This document shows positions 1 through 11,300 of a DNA stretch of 64,000 bases, one piece after another. The DNA comes from Diplonema japonicum (taxonomy: Eukaryota; Protista; Euglenozoa: Diplonemea). The first letter of the stretch is position 1; each line of letters begins with the position of its first letter. The stretch covers positions 496,001 to 560,000 of the forward strand of contig OZ025651.1 of the NCBI GenBank assembly GCA_964019335.1, written 5' to 3'. The position numbers and the translations under genes were made by a program. The notes beneath the pieces are model-generated. The model saw nothing but the letters and a program-made list of their open reading frames with translations. It ran no database searches and was not told where the DNA came from.

Positions 1-1688
1 TGCTGCAAGCTGCGCTCCGCCTCCTCGTTATCTTTTTTGCGTGCGCTTTTCTCGCTTGCCAGCTTATCCTCTGCAGCCTCCACCTTCCCTTGGAGTTCCG
101 TCGTCTTCTTGCTCATCTCTCTTCGCAGTTCTTCTGTCTTGTTGGTCACTTCCCTCAGACGCGTTTCGAGAATCTTCTCCTTTTCTTCCGTCGACGTTGC
201 TTCTGTGTTGTGCTTTAAGTGCATCTCTTCTAGCTTTCTGTGCAGGATGGCTTCAGCACGCTCTGCTTCTTCCTGCTTTTTAACGGCGCTGTCTTTGGTG
301 CGCTCGGCGTTGCGGAGCTTGTCTTTTAAGTCGGTTTCGGTGACGCGGAGCTCAGCCTCCAGGGAGTGGATTGTGGCGCTGTCTTCCTCTTTGCGCTTCT
401 GCGACTTGGTTTTGGTTTCCTCTAAGTCCTCACGGGTCTTTGCAAGATTGCTCTTCGTTTCGTTGAGCTCCACGTCCAAGGTGTACCGCGTCTTCTTCAA
501 CGCTGTGAGCTCTTCTTGGAGGGTCGTTTTGAGGGCTTCGAGCTCTTTGGACTTCACCTCTATGTCGTCCTTCTTTGCGTTGAGCTCCGTAAGCTGACCT
601 TGGCACATGCTACGCTCTTGCACAGCATCGTCCTTCTGCTGCACCAGCTCAATGCGCTCGTTCTCAAGACTTCGGAGCGTCGCTTCGATCTCCCGTATCT
701 TCGTCCGCTGGTCATTGCACAGTTGGAACAGCTTGTGCTGGTCGGTATCCGGCGTGATGGTCGTGCTCAGCCCCAGGTACGATGTCGTGTCCATCACACC
801 AAGCTCAGAATACGAGCCTTGCATTCCCTGCAGAGCTCCATCAGGGCTGGAGTTCCATACCCTGTCAAGCAGGTCCTGCATGTCTGCTGTCGGCGGTGCC
901 CCAGCACACGGCACAATCAACCCGAGATTCGAGTCTTTCGGAAGTACCTTTGCAATAGCCTTGCCAGAGTCAGGGGAGGAGGACAGCCAGGTTCTTATGA
1001 GGTTCTTGAAGTGTGTGTTGTGGTCTTTAAGGACGTCTGCGATGTATAGGTACGACACGGGCTTTGCAGGGTCGAGGTTGTGCTGGATGCCCACGGACAT
1101 GACGAGCGTGCAGTTTTTTTCTTTCAGGCGCTTCATGGCTGTTTCGGAGGAGAAGATGCGGTTGACGTTCCCCACGAAGGCCTCGATGCTGGAGAGGGAA
1201 ACGTACGTCCCGCCGAGCACAGCCGTGTCGCCCCATGAAGGGGAGGCGGCGTCTCGCACGTCGTGGAAGAGATTGAAGTTTTTCAACGTTCCGGGATCCG
1301 TGCTGCTGTGAAGTCCTGGAAATGCGACTTTAAGTTTATACCGGTTACCAACATGGTTGGTGATATACCGCAGTGCCCGTACAGCAATACCGTCGAGAGG
1401 TCGCTCTCGTTCTGACAGAGGGATGCTGCCTATCATGCCTTCCAGCCTGTTCTCTTGTTCTGCAGGCGGCCACGCGTCGCCCATTGTCAAGACTGTTCCG
1501 TTCTCGCCCTTGAGCACCCGTTCCACAACGGGCCGTACACTCTTCTCGAACACCTCGTCCTTGTTCCCCCCGTTCACCACGTTGTGGCACCTCACCCTCG
1601 TCCCACCCACCATCGCGCCCCCTTCTTCATGCCTGACATCTTGCCCAGAGCGTGGATGCACATGCAGCGTCACCGCTGCCTGCGGCAT
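1..1688 (-). CDS. Degenerate kinesin-motor-like N-terminus plus long coiled coil (3' end runs off window)
   Basis: Absent from the ORF track because it has no stop in the window. Manual translation from ATG 1688 (MPQAAVTLHV...) is open to the window edge. EVFEKSVRPVVERVLKGENGTVLTMG, GIAVRALRYI and SYLYIADV resemble kinesin segments, followed by E/K/L-rich heptads. Confidence 0.7.
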   Translation of the reverse strand, partial: MPQAAVTLHVHPRSGQDVRHEEGGAMVGGTRVRCHNVVNGGNKDEVFEKSVRPVVERVLKGENGTVLTMGDAWPPAEQENRLEGMIGSIPLSERERPLDGIAVRALRYITNHVGNRYKLKVAFPGLHSSTDPGTLKNFNLFHDVRDAASPSWGDTAVLGGTYVSLSSIEAFVGNVNRIFSSETAMKRLKEKNCTLVMSVGIQHNLDPAKPVSYLYIADVLKDHNTHFKNLIRTWLSSSPDSGKAIAKVLPKDSNLGLIVPCAGAPPTADMQDLLDRVWNSSPDGALQGMQGSYSELGVMDTTSYLGLSTTITPDTDQHKLFQLCNDQRTKIREIEATLRSLENERIELVQQKDDAVQERSMCQGQLTELNAKKDDIEVKSKELEALKTTLQEELTALKKTRYTLDVELNETKSNLAKTREDLEETKTKSQKRKEEDSATIHSLEAELRVTETDLKDKLRNAERTKDSAVKKQEEAERAEAILHRKLEEMHLKHNTEATSTEEKEKILETRLREVTNKTEELRREMSKKTTELQGKVEAAEDKLASEKSARKKDNEEAERSLQ

Positions 1689-1837
1689 TGTCCGTCACCA
1701 CCCCCTGTTGTGGATTGAGAACGCGATGGATTCAACAAATAAATAACAAGAAACGGTGTAAATAACAACTGTTTTAGGGTAGGGGGACGATGGGTGGAAA
1801 ACACATCGAATATTTCTATTTCAGTTTTTCTTCTTCT

Positions 1838-4189
1838 CTAAGCCGCTTTTTTTTGCATCTGCCGTTGCCGGATCCGCGCGGCTCGGGCTGCTTTCTCCTT
1901 TTCAAGCATTTTGTAAGCACGCCGCTTGGCTTCTACCTTTTCCGCGTCTGGGGCGTATTTTCTTGTGGCCATCAGTGCATGTCGCTTCACGGCTGAGTCG
2001 ATGATGCGTGCCCAGTCCTTGTCGGGGGAACAGCCCATAGTCTTGAGTACAGCGAGAGTGCGGGCTCGGACCGCACGTGAGACCTCGAGGGCTGCGTCCC
2101 ACTTTCGTTTCATCCTTACAACGAAGAGGCGGCGGCACATGGCGGCAGAGAGGACGGCCTGCAGCTCAGCCAATCGTACAGAAGGCATTTCTCCAGCTGC
2201 GAGCTCTTCTTCAAGAGCAGCATCGAAGAGACTGGGTGCCACATCAAGCTCCTCCCTCAGCATGTTGAACTCTCTCTGCAATTCATCAAAAGACTTGCAG
2301 TGCACTTCATCGAACGCAGAAGTAGAGGCGGGTTGCTCTTGTGGTGTGTCTTCTTCCTCTTCTTCTCCCGCTTCTCTTCCAGACGTGTATTTTTCACGTA
2401 GAACTGCGAATTTAGCGGATTTTCCTCCCCTTGCGCCTTCCCACCACTGGTGGGTCGATGGAGTCGGGGCCGCATTGCCACTTGCAATGTCATGTGGTGT
2501 TTTGACCTGCTTCAAGCTGAAGAATCTCCATTTCAACACGCCTGTCGAGGTGAGCTTTTGCAGGGTTTCTACCTGGTCGTGAGCTTTGAACATTTTCATG
2601 CATTTTACGGATTTTATCAGCGCGTTGCGTTTGGCGGCAAGCATCCGTTTGCTGTTCAAGAAGGCCTCTTGCTGCGCAAGATTCTTCCGCGTCTCAACCC
2701 TCAGCTCCTCTTCACGTTTCACAGACACAATCAAACCAAGTATTTTATTATAATCCTCGCTGTCGTCCCACGTCAGAGCAGAGGAACGCCTGTACACGTT
2801 GAGTAGCTCCTCCTCATCACTGGTGTAGTCTGAAGCGTGTACGAACGCAGGCGGGTTGCCAAGGTGTTCCTTGTTCGTATCCTGTGCCTCATCCTCGTCT
2901 TCATGGTACAAGTCATACAGTTCCTCGAAAATGTCTTCAGGATCTGGTTCACCTCTCTTAACTCCGCCTGTTGTACTGTTTACCTTTAGAAGCCCGGTAC
3001 AGGGTTCTTCCTCTTCCTCTTCTTCTTCCTTGCCCTCGATCGGCTTCGCAATGCGGTGGAAAGCTTGCTTCTCATCCAGATTCTCTCCTGTTTGATCCCG
3101 GTGGTGTTCAACACTCTCGAACTGCACGCGCCATGCATGGGGGATATTTCGCTCGCCCGTGAAAAATGCGGCACCTTCGGGGAAGAATCGGGAGTCAACG
3201 ACAAGCTCCTTGGTTCCAGGAGGGAGTGTGATGGTAAGACACCCACTGTGGAAAGACCTGACATGCGGTGGGCTGAATACGAACACGGTGTAAGAAGGGT
3301 CAAGGCTTAGAGAGAAGTTTATTGTCTGTGCGGTGTCACCGTTGTTTTCCAAGCAGACAACGTGGGGGAAAATCTCGGAGATGGAAAAGCTTTCAGTTGC
3401 GGAGGTCAGGGTCAGGGGGAGACCCAGCGCCTTTCTACTGACGCTGTAAAAAAACTCCACAGTAGAACCAATATCTGGATCGAAGATGCTCTCTAGAGGA
3501 CAAGGCCCGCGGTTTGTCACGGAAAAACACCGCTGACCAGCTTCCACATCTGCGATACTGATACTGGGCTGGAAATATTTTTCCTCGAACCCAGAAAATA
3601 TATCGGCAAGTATAGAGGCCTTGCAAGGCTTAGCACTGAAAATGAGCGAAACTGGATAGCTTCGCAGACACTCAATGGCCTCCATTTCAGTGTGCACTTC
3701 AACAGCGATGGGTATTTGCAGCCCTTTTGTTTGGTTGAGGAGCAATGCGAGCTTGGCAAACGGTAAGATCAGGCCGAAAAAACCTTTTTGAGGTATAATT
3801 TCGATAACGTTTTGAAGGAGAAAGTGATTCTTGGTGGTTTGTGCTGCTGCGACCCAGTAAACGAGGTCTGTTGGGGGCTTCGGTGTAGTGTTCCATCCGT
3901 TGTGTGTGTGATACCGGGGCAGTACCTCGAGTCCTTTGTCGGAGCAGACGATTTCAAGAACAACGCCCTCCAGCAGGGTTACAGGAGTCTTGGTACTGCT
4001 TCGGATGCCACCATCGTTCGCCTCAAAGAGTACTGTATCATATGTGCAGGCTGATCCCACTGTGATCCTCTCTCCAGAGGCTATGGAAGTTCCAGGCATT
4101 CGGCTCCAAGGAGCTGCTTGGGTTTTGTATCTTATAAATATTTTCTGCGGTAGCTGTGGGGAGCGTTTCATGGTGATTTGGATTTCCAT
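1838..4189 (-). CDS. Hypothetical protein, 783 aa (acidic central tract, basic helical C-terminus)
   Basis: Long ATG-initiated ORF on the same strand as its neighbours; no motif recognised. Confidence 0.75.
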   Translation of the reverse strand: MEIQITMKRSPQLPQKIFIRYKTQAAPWSRMPGTSIASGERITVGSACTYDTVLFEANDGGIRSSTKTPVTLLEGVVLEIVCSDKGLEVLPRYHTHNGWNTTPKPPTDLVYWVAAAQTTKNHFLLQNVIEIIPQKGFFGLILPFAKLALLLNQTKGLQIPIAVEVHTEMEAIECLRSYPVSLIFSAKPCKASILADIFSGFEEKYFQPSISIADVEAGQRCFSVTNRGPCPLESIFDPDIGSTVEFFYSVSRKALGLPLTLTSATESFSISEIFPHVVCLENNGDTAQTINFSLSLDPSYTVFVFSPPHVRSFHSGCLTITLPPGTKELVVDSRFFPEGAAFFTGERNIPHAWRVQFESVEHHRDQTGENLDEKQAFHRIAKPIEGKEEEEEEEEPCTGLLKVNSTTGGVKRGEPDPEDIFEELYDLYHEDEDEAQDTNKEHLGNPPAFVHASDYTSDEEELLNVYRRSSALTWDDSEDYNKILGLIVSVKREEELRVETRKNLAQQEAFLNSKRMLAAKRNALIKSVKCMKMFKAHDQVETLQKLTSTGVLKWRFFSLKQVKTPHDIASGNAAPTPSTHQWWEGARGGKSAKFAVLREKYTSGREAGEEEEEDTPQEQPASTSAFDEVHCKSFDELQREFNMLREELDVAPSLFDAALEEELAAGEMPSVRLAELQAVLSAAMCRRLFVVRMKRKWDAALEVSRAVRARTLAVLKTMGCSPDKDWARIIDSAVKRHALMATRKYAPDAEKVEAKRRAYKMLEKEKAARAARIRQRQMQKKAA

Positions 4190-4344
4190 TATTACTTGTC
4201 TTCCCCCCCCCCCCCCCCACCACCCCCTTCTCCTTTAACATTTGACGATTGCGGTTTATTTGGAGAAAAAAAAAATAAGAAAACTGTTGAGTAGAATAGA
4301 ACAGAAAGAAGAATAGAAGAAAAAAAAAAAAAAAAAAAAAAAAA

Positions 4345-4625
4345 ACTTCACTTTTTTTTTTCTCGAATTTACTTCACGGTGAAGAAAATTTGGGTGGGGG
4401 GACGACGTAATCGCTCTTCATGTACAGGAGTAATGAAAGAGTTGAGGGGAGGTCAGCCCTCTTTCTGAACCTACTTCAGCATGTTGGAGGCGGTCAACAT
4501 TGCCGCAAAGCAAAAGAGACCCGACAAGGTTAGGCTTGTGTCCCTCGTGATGAAGTAATTTCAAAGTGTCGCGAAATACAAAAACCAGATACTGTCAAGG
4601 AATGTAGCTTGTTGGCAGTGTATAT
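4345..4625. mobile_element. Helentron/DINE-like non-autonomous element, copy A
   Basis: 5' ATTTACTTCACGGTGAAGAAAAT palindrome. 3' block CCCTCGTGATGAAGTAATTTCAAAGTGTCGCGAAATA followed by a short hairpin ending CTTGTTGGCAGT. Shared with 27331-28009 and 18012-18161. Confidence 0.55.
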
Positions 4626-5363
4626 GGTGAAGAAAAAAAGAAGAAGAAAAGATATAGGTGACGAAACTAAGAAAGTATGGCTATACTACATAACTTTTTT
4701 TTTTTTGTCCACAGAACAAGAAGAATAAGAAAGAAACAAGAAAGAAATACCTCACAAAGTGGGATGACAACAAAAAAAAGCAAAAAAAAAAAAAAAAAAA
4801 AAAAAGGGGGACATTACTTTAGAAAAAAAAAACAACAAAAATGAAAAAAAAAGGAAGAAGGAAAAATAAACCAAGCAAGGCTCCAAAAAAAAAAGTATAA
4901 ATAGATAGGGGGAGAATAAAAAAAGGGGGGGGGAGAAGAAGAAGGGTGGGGAACCAAAAAACCCTCGGCCCTTTTTTTCCCCCCTTTCCCCTCCGCTTTC
5001 TTTGTTCCTTTCCCACTAACTTTGTTTTGTTTGTTCTGCTTTGTACACTCCCTCCCCCCTTTTTTCCCCCTCTTTTTTCTTTTGCTGACTTTTGTGAGTA
5101 CGTGGAGAAGATATAAAAAGATTCAGCAGCAATAAAAAAAGAAAAAGAAAAATAAGGGGAAAAGGAAGAAATAATTTGCTCACCATCCGGCCTGCCAAAA
5201 GTGCAAGCACCACAGAAAGAAGAAAAAGAAAATTCTACTTTGTTGCTACGCCCTGTCCTCCTTTCTTGGTCCCCCCCCCTGTTTTCTCCTTCTTTTTTTT
5301 TTCTCCGTTCAAATTTGTTTGTTCATATATTCAGCAGTGCACACAAGCAAATTTTAAGCTTTG

Positions 5364-5389
5364 CACACACACACACACACACACGCACA
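5364..5389. repeat. (CA)n microsatellite
   Basis: cacacacacacacacacacacgcaca seen directly. Confidence 0.85.
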
Positions 5390-5490
5390 CAGGGTACTTG
5401 AGTCTGTTATAAGAGAAAAAGAAAAGACTCGCCAAACAGAAGTTACTTACTCATTACACAAAAAAAAAAAAGAAGAAGAAAAGGCCATGT

Positions 5491-8239
5491 TTAAGGCACC
5501 CATTTCTTCGAGTGATGCATGTGTTGGCCGTATATCTTAGTTGACGGGTGGGCGGAGGTAGGGTGGTACCTTTCGTGGACAACAAGGCTATGCGTGTTAG
5601 GAGACACCTTCAGGGGGGCGAGTTTGTAGTTCAGCACCTGATCGCGGTAGCGCTCCCTTAAAGCATCGATGCTCCTCAACAGCTCTTCCCGACGAAGGAG
5701 GGACTCCTCCCTTTGTGAAGCCAGGGGGTCCGTCACCGCACGCCGAGTCTGCACAGGAGGGAGGATATCAGAGCTAGGTGTGATAGGCTTGTGATTTCGT
5801 TTCTGCTTTTTTTTTTTTTTTTTCTCTTTTTTTTTTTCGTCATACCCTCTTTGGTGGCGGTGGTGGCGGCTGGGGTGACATCCACTGCTTTGAGTGTCTG
5901 TTTTTTATCCCTCCTTGTTGTAGTTGTTCCTCGAACAGCTGTCTCTCTCTTGCTAGCTGTTGCCGCATGTTCTCTGCCATTATCCGTTTCACGTTCCTCT
6001 CCTTCTCTAGTGCTACCTTCTCCCTCAGTCTTTCTGTACTTCGTTGTTCTTTCTTCTGTTTCGCCTCTTCTAATTCTCTTTTTGCTTCTTTGGCCGCGGT
6101 CTCTGCTTTCTCTTTCGCCGCCCTCAGCTCTTCGGTTTCTTTAATCAGCTCTTCCCGTCTCGCTTTTCTCAAAGCTTCTTTTCGGCGTTCCTCATTGTGT
6201 TCCTCCACTAGTTTTTCTGCCGCCTTTTGAATCTGCAGTTCTCGCTCTTCCTTTTCGTGTACCTTTTCCTCTTCCGCCAGCCTCTTACGTAGCATCTCTG
6301 TCTCTTTTTTCAACTCCTGCTTCCTGCGCTCTTCTTCAGCAAGCTTCATACGTAGTTCCGCCTTTTCCACCGCTCGCTGTGCTGTCAGCTCTTCCTTCTC
6401 TCGTTGCAGTTGTTGCCTCATTTGCTCTTCCTTGCGCAGCTGCTCTTCGGTTTGTTCCTTCCTCCGTTTCGTTTCCGCTTCTGCTTCTTGTGCTTTTTTT
6501 TGCATCTGTCGCTGCAGGGCTGCTCGTTCTTTCTCGAATTGTTTCCTTGCCTCTTCTTCTTCTTTCAGCTTTTTACGAAGGGTTTCACTGTCGTCTTCGT
6601 GGGGCGTGTCGATGTTCTCCTTAGGAGGTGTTCGTGCTTTCCCCTTAGAGGTGCGGTGGCTCCCCTTGCTGCCGGGTGGTGTCCGCCTAGCTGACTGGTT
6701 TTCCTTTTGTGTGTGTGTCACGAGTTCTTGAGCTTGTCGCGCGGCTTCCAGCTCTGCCCGTTCCTTTGCTTCTACCTCCGCACGCATCTTGGCTTCCACC
6801 TCGACTCGTGCTTGGGTTTCCATTTCGGCTCGTAGCTCAGCCTCTGCCCGTGCTTTGGCTTCCATTTCTGCTCGCAGTTCGGCCTCTAGCCGTGCCTTTG
6901 TCTCTGCCTCTGCTCGTAGTGTGGCTTCAATTTCCGCCCGTGCCTTAGCTTCCGCTTCTGCTCGTATTTTAAGTTCAGCCTCGGCACGCACCTTTGCTTC
7001 GGCCGCTTGTGTCCTGGTTTCGGCTTCCGCTTCAGCATCTGCCCGTTCCTTTAACGCTTCATCTTTGGCCTCTACTTCTGCGCGTAGGCCAGCCTCTCTC
7101 TCCGCCCTTGACTGGGCCTCTGCTTCTGCTCGTTCCTTGGCTTCAGCTTCTTCGCGTGCTTTAACTTCCGCCTTAGCTCTTGCTCCTGCCTCTTCTTGTG
7201 CCTTGGTCTCGGCTTCCTCCCGCTGTTGTTGCTGTTGTTCGATTTTCTGGTTTGCTTCTTCTTCAATCTGCCGTCGCTCCTGCACGCGTGCCTTGGCATC
7301 GATCTCTGCCTGCTCCGACAGCTTCTGTTCATATTCCTGCTCTAACCTCCGTAGTTCGTTGCGCTGCTCCTCGTCACGTGTCTCGCGCAGCCTTTGGCTC
7401 TCCTCAAGGAGCTGCTGTTGTTGCTGTTCGAGGATGCCACGTTGTTTTGCTTCTTCTTGAAGCTTCGTCTTGAGACGCACTGCCTCTGCGGAAGGGGAGT
7501 CTGTTTGGTGGTCCTTGTTCAGGATTTTCTGGCGTTCAGCTTCGAGTAGTTCACGCTCCGATTCGAGTTGCTGGGCTTGCTGGCGGTGTTGTTCGATGAG
7601 ATTCCGCCGTTCTTGCTCGAGCTGCTCACGCTGCATGGCGAGGGGGTCGTGAGGAGGGGAGGCGGGCGAGGAGAGGTGCGCGCTAACATGTGGCGCGCCG
7701 TTCTGTTTGACCCACGTGTTGACCTCGTTGGTGATGCTATGCTCAGCCTCGGAGGTTTGGGAACAGACATCACCAGCACCACGTGTCGTGGCCGAGAAGA
7801 GGGAAGCTTGGCTAGGCGTCTTAAGCGCTTTTGGATTGCTGCTAGTAGGTTTGTACGTCCCGAATTCTGCGAGGAGGGACTTGATTTGTTCATGTTCAGC
7901 CTCCACAGCGATATCTCTCGCCGTTCTGCCCATCTTGTTGCGCAGTGAGGGGTCGGCCCCGTAGCGCAGCAGCATAGTCACCAGATCAAGCTTTCCCTTA
8001 TCGACAGCCCAGTGCAGAGGAGTGTATCCATCACCTGTCACCGCGTTCACTTTGGCTCTCTTCCGCAGGGTCATTCGAGCGATTTCTAAGTTACCATACA
8101 TGCACGCCCAGTGCAGAGGGGTCGCACCATAGATGTCATCTTTGTAGTTCAGCACATTCCGCTTCAGGTGTGTCTTGCAATACTCGAGGTCCCCGTCCCT
8201 TATTGCCGTGAAGACCAATGTGCGGTCTTCTTCCTCCAT
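5491..8239 (-). CDS. Ankyrin-repeat protein with long coiled-coil/EAEAK-like repeats; 2 exons (intron 5803-5845)
   Basis: Ankyrin motifs GATPLHWAC, GYTPLHWAV and GRTARDIA. A 43-nt GTATGA...GCAG intron joins PPPKR to KRNHKP...VQTRR in frame with ORF 5491-5754. Confidence 0.85.
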
Positions 8240-8608
8240 TGCCTTTTATTCCCTTTAATATTCTTTTTGTTTCAGTTCATGTGTGTTTTTCTTTATCTTT
8301 TTTTTTTCTCTTGTTTTTTTTTATATAAATATTTCCCCCCCTTTCCTGTTGGTTACTTTTGTTCATAAATGAAAGAAACGAAAAAAAAGGGGGGGTAGAT
8401 CTAAAAAAGAAAGAAGAAAGAGATAAAAAAAAGGGGGAGAGGGGGGTATTTTTTTTCTTCCCCTCCCCATGTTCCCTCTTTCTTCGGTGGAGCACACCGA
8501 CATGCACGACCGTAAGAATAATATAAAAACTTGTTTTCTTTCCCCTACCGAAACGATAACGTCTTGAAAAGGCACTCTTTTTCGTTCCCCCTCTTTTAAT
8601 TTTCCTTT

Positions 8609-9415
8609 TCAATGGATCGCCTTCTTAAACACGGGAGACACATAAGCAGGCCTGGAACCCGCAGCACTGTCAGGCGTTTTTGGAGATGCTGCTAGAGGTG
8701 TTCTCTGAGGTGTGGACATTACATTGACTCTCCGTTTCTTCTTTGGAGTGGGGGGGCGTCTAGAGGAAGGTGGGGAAACTGGCAGGGTAGACCAAGTATC
8801 GTAAAGACGAAGACCCACATGAGGGTAGGTGGTATTTGGAAGCTGGCGGGGAGGAGAGGAAGGAGGATCGGCCGTCTTGACCTTCACAGGAGACACATCC
8901 CAAACAGCAGTATGCTTGACAACACCTTTGGGCTTCTGCCGCGAAGCCATCTTGTCGGCGTTCTCTTTGTCCAGCGCCTTCTCTTCCACATCTTCAAGAT
9001 AACAATACGGTTTTTCAGCAGGTGTTTTTGTACTTGTGTTCCATTCAGGGCGCCCTGCTGCTGTTGGTGAAGGGGTGCTTTGCTCGATATTCTTAGGTTC
9101 CTGTAGCACCCACCACCATTCTTCGATGTGGTTTGCCTCGCTCTTGTTGAACCCGTAGTGCTGTATCAGCGTCTGGAGCGTCTCCAGTGACACTAGCACG
9201 AGCTCACCTTCTTCCATGTCTTTTTCTGCGGCGCACACCAGTCTTCCCCACCACATTGCCGCGCCGCTGTAGGTCCCCCTTCTCCCGCTTCGCTTCCCCC
9301 GGTGCAGTCCTGCCTCCACGTCACGCAGCCACTGGGCGTGCTCCTCTTTTATCCGCTCGTGTTCTTGCAGCTCTGCGTCCAGCTGCTCCCTTATGTCCGT
9401 GTACAACGAACTCAT
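8609..9415 (-). CDS. Hypothetical protein, 268 aa, Pro/Ser-rich C-terminus
   Basis: ORF with AAAATG start context, co-oriented with neighbours. Confidence 0.7.
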   Translation of the reverse strand: MSSLYTDIREQLDAELQEHERIKEEHAQWLRDVEAGLHRGKRSGRRGTYSGAAMWWGRLVCAAEKDMEEGELVLVSLETLQTLIQHYGFNKSEANHIEEWWWVLQEPKNIEQSTPSPTAAGRPEWNTSTKTPAEKPYCYLEDVEEKALDKENADKMASRQKPKGVVKHTAVWDVSPVKVKTADPPSSPPRQLPNTTYPHVGLRLYDTWSTLPVSPPSSRRPPTPKKKRRVNVMSTPQRTPLAASPKTPDSAAGSRPAYVSPVFKKAIH

Positions 9416-9545
9416 TTTCTTTTTGTGCTCTGTTCCTTTTTGTCATGAAACGGACACGGGTAGAAAAAAATAGACGTTTGCACTCCCCCCCCCCCCCCCC
9501 TCTGAAATACAGCACCCAAAGAAAAAAGGGGGTTATTGGGAAACA

Positions 9546-9635
9546 AAAAACTAGTTTGGCGCTTCATTTGTTTGTGCGCACGAGCGGAATTTTACCTAAT
9601 AAAATAGCTCATTACGCTGCCATCAACTAATTTTT
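9546..9635. repeat. ~90-bp dispersed repeat / MITE-like element, copy 1
   Basis: AAAAACTAGTTTGGCGCTTCATTTG..TTTGTGCG..ATAAAAT..GCCATCAACTAATTTTT aligns with 11096-11190; imperfect terminal inverted repeats. Confidence 0.55.
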
Positions 9636-9721
9636 AGTCTCGATAATAAGTTAAAACAAAACAAAAGCGAATCGGACCAAAAACAGAATAATCTGCTGTT
9701 TTTTTCTCTCTCTCTCTCCTC

Positions 9722-10891
9722 TCACCAAGGTTGCGTGACAGGGTTGCACCCCGTCCCGCAGTTGATGCCGTTTTCGGTGCAGTTCCCGACCACCACGGAA
9801 GGGGTCGAACGGGGTGACAGCATCCCGGAAACGGCGGTTGCGAAGGAAACAAGCCCGTCGGTGGTGATATTCCAGAACTCAAGCTCCTCAGTGACGCAGT
9901 GGTGGAGGCAAGGCGCAGAAAACGCAGACGTCAACGTGGCCACCGCCTGACGGGTGGCTGGTTGGAAGCTATGCAAAGCAAAGTCGGTCTGCTGTTCGCT
10001 GTAGTTCCGCACCACCACTGAACCCACATCAACGGACAACTGGTACGAGTCGAACTGCGCAGCATTTGCAACATACCTCTGCACCAGTGTGGGCATGCGG
10101 TACGCCCCGAAGAGGCACTTCCATCTATCGGACGGGGACTGGTAAATGTCACCACACTTCGACCCTTCAACCCTCCCGCTGCAATTCGCATACGTATAAA
10201 CCCCTTTGTTCTGGTCTGCCAATGAGGTCACCCCTGGTGTTATAGGCTGCAAATCCACGTACAAAGCCGAATCTAGAATCCCAAACGCCAGTGTAACATT
10301 GCTGCTTAAACCTGACAAAATTTCCGGAATGTAGTCGATGTTGACCATTGCACCCCGACCGCCTGCGGAGCAGCCCGAGAAAACGAATTTTGCAGGGGTT
10401 GGGGAGCCCATGTTGTGTCTGGTGATGAGGGTGGAGATTGTTGCTTTGATGGCTTCTTGTCCCCTGAAGCTCCAGTTTTCAGTTTCGGGAGAGGCCGCAC
10501 GGTTTCCCATCCACCCGTCGGAGGTGCAGTATGGGACGAAGACTTTGCGGAATTTGCTGAGAGGGTTGTTCTCAGGGTTTGAGTCGAAGATTCCAGTTTT
10601 TTCCACCGAAGCTGCCCATGTTTTGTTGGTTGTCAGGCCGTAGCTTTGGCTTTGCCTCTCAGCGCAAGAGGCTTGGTCCCAACACCACCCGCCCCCTTCC
10701 AAATGCATCACCCATGTCTCCTCGTCTTCCTCCCCACTTGCGTTATCGCTTATGTAATACCCCTGCGCTGTTCCATCGTTACACACTGCCAGCGGGTGTT
10801 CCTCCAGATCTATCGAATGCAGGTTCAATTCAACTTTGCTTGTCTTCACACCCACGGCTAAGATGGCTAGTAGAATGGGGTGGGTTTGCAT
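9722..10891 (-). CDS. Pectinacetylesterase / Notum-family secreted carboxylesterase
   Basis: Signal peptide MQTHPILLAILAVGV (ATG 10891); motifs AVCNDGT..GYY, HLEGGGWC, FVPYCTSD, SGCSAGG (catalytic Ser) and CLHHC. Confidence 0.9.
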   Translation of the reverse strand: MQTHPILLAILAVGVKTSKVELNLHSIDLEEHPLAVCNDGTAQGYYISDNASGEEDEETWVMHLEGGGWCWDQASCAERQSQSYGLTTNKTWAASVEKTGIFDSNPENNPLSKFRKVFVPYCTSDGWMGNRAASPETENWSFRGQEAIKATISTLITRHNMGSPTPAKFVFSGCSAGGRGAMVNIDYIPEILSGLSSNVTLAFGILDSALYVDLQPITPGVTSLADQNKGVYTYANCSGRVEGSKCGDIYQSPSDRWKCLFGAYRMPTLVQRYVANAAQFDSYQLSVDVGSVVVRNYSEQQTDFALHSFQPATRQAVATLTSAFSAPCLHHCVTEELEFWNITTDGLVSFATAVSGMLSPRSTPSVVVGNCTENGINCGTGCNPVTQPW

Positions 10892-11095
10892 TATGGTTCC
10901 CCCACTTTTTTTAAAAAGGTTTGAAGGGAAGGAATAAAAAGGGGGGGGGGTAAAAGGGGATTTGAGGATTTTTAAAGGAACGTTGAAAAAGGGGGTGAAA
11001 GAGAAACAAGACACAAAAGGGGGGGGGGGGGTAGAAAAGAAAAATAAAAAAGATTTTTTTTAATGGTTTCGAAACAAAAGAGAGAGAAAAATGGG

Positions 11096-11190
11096 AAAAA
11101 CTACTGGCGCTTAATTTGCGTTTTTTTGTGCGTTAATTCCAAAAAAAATGTATAAAATCAACTAACTGCGCCACCAACAAAATAGTTTTT
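11096..11190. repeat. ~90-bp dispersed repeat / MITE-like element, copy 2
   Basis: AAAAACTACTGGCGCTTAATTTG..TTTGTGCG..ATAAAAT..GCGCCACCAACAAAATAGTTTTT; termini AAAAACTA / TAGTTTTT are inverted. Confidence 0.55.
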
Positions 11191-11300
11191 CTATTGTTAA
11201 TACAAGAAAATCCGAAGAAAAAAGAAAGGGGGGGGGGGGGGGGGGATGTACCAAGCCACGCTATTTCATTTTATTTCACCGAAATCACACCCTCCTTACG

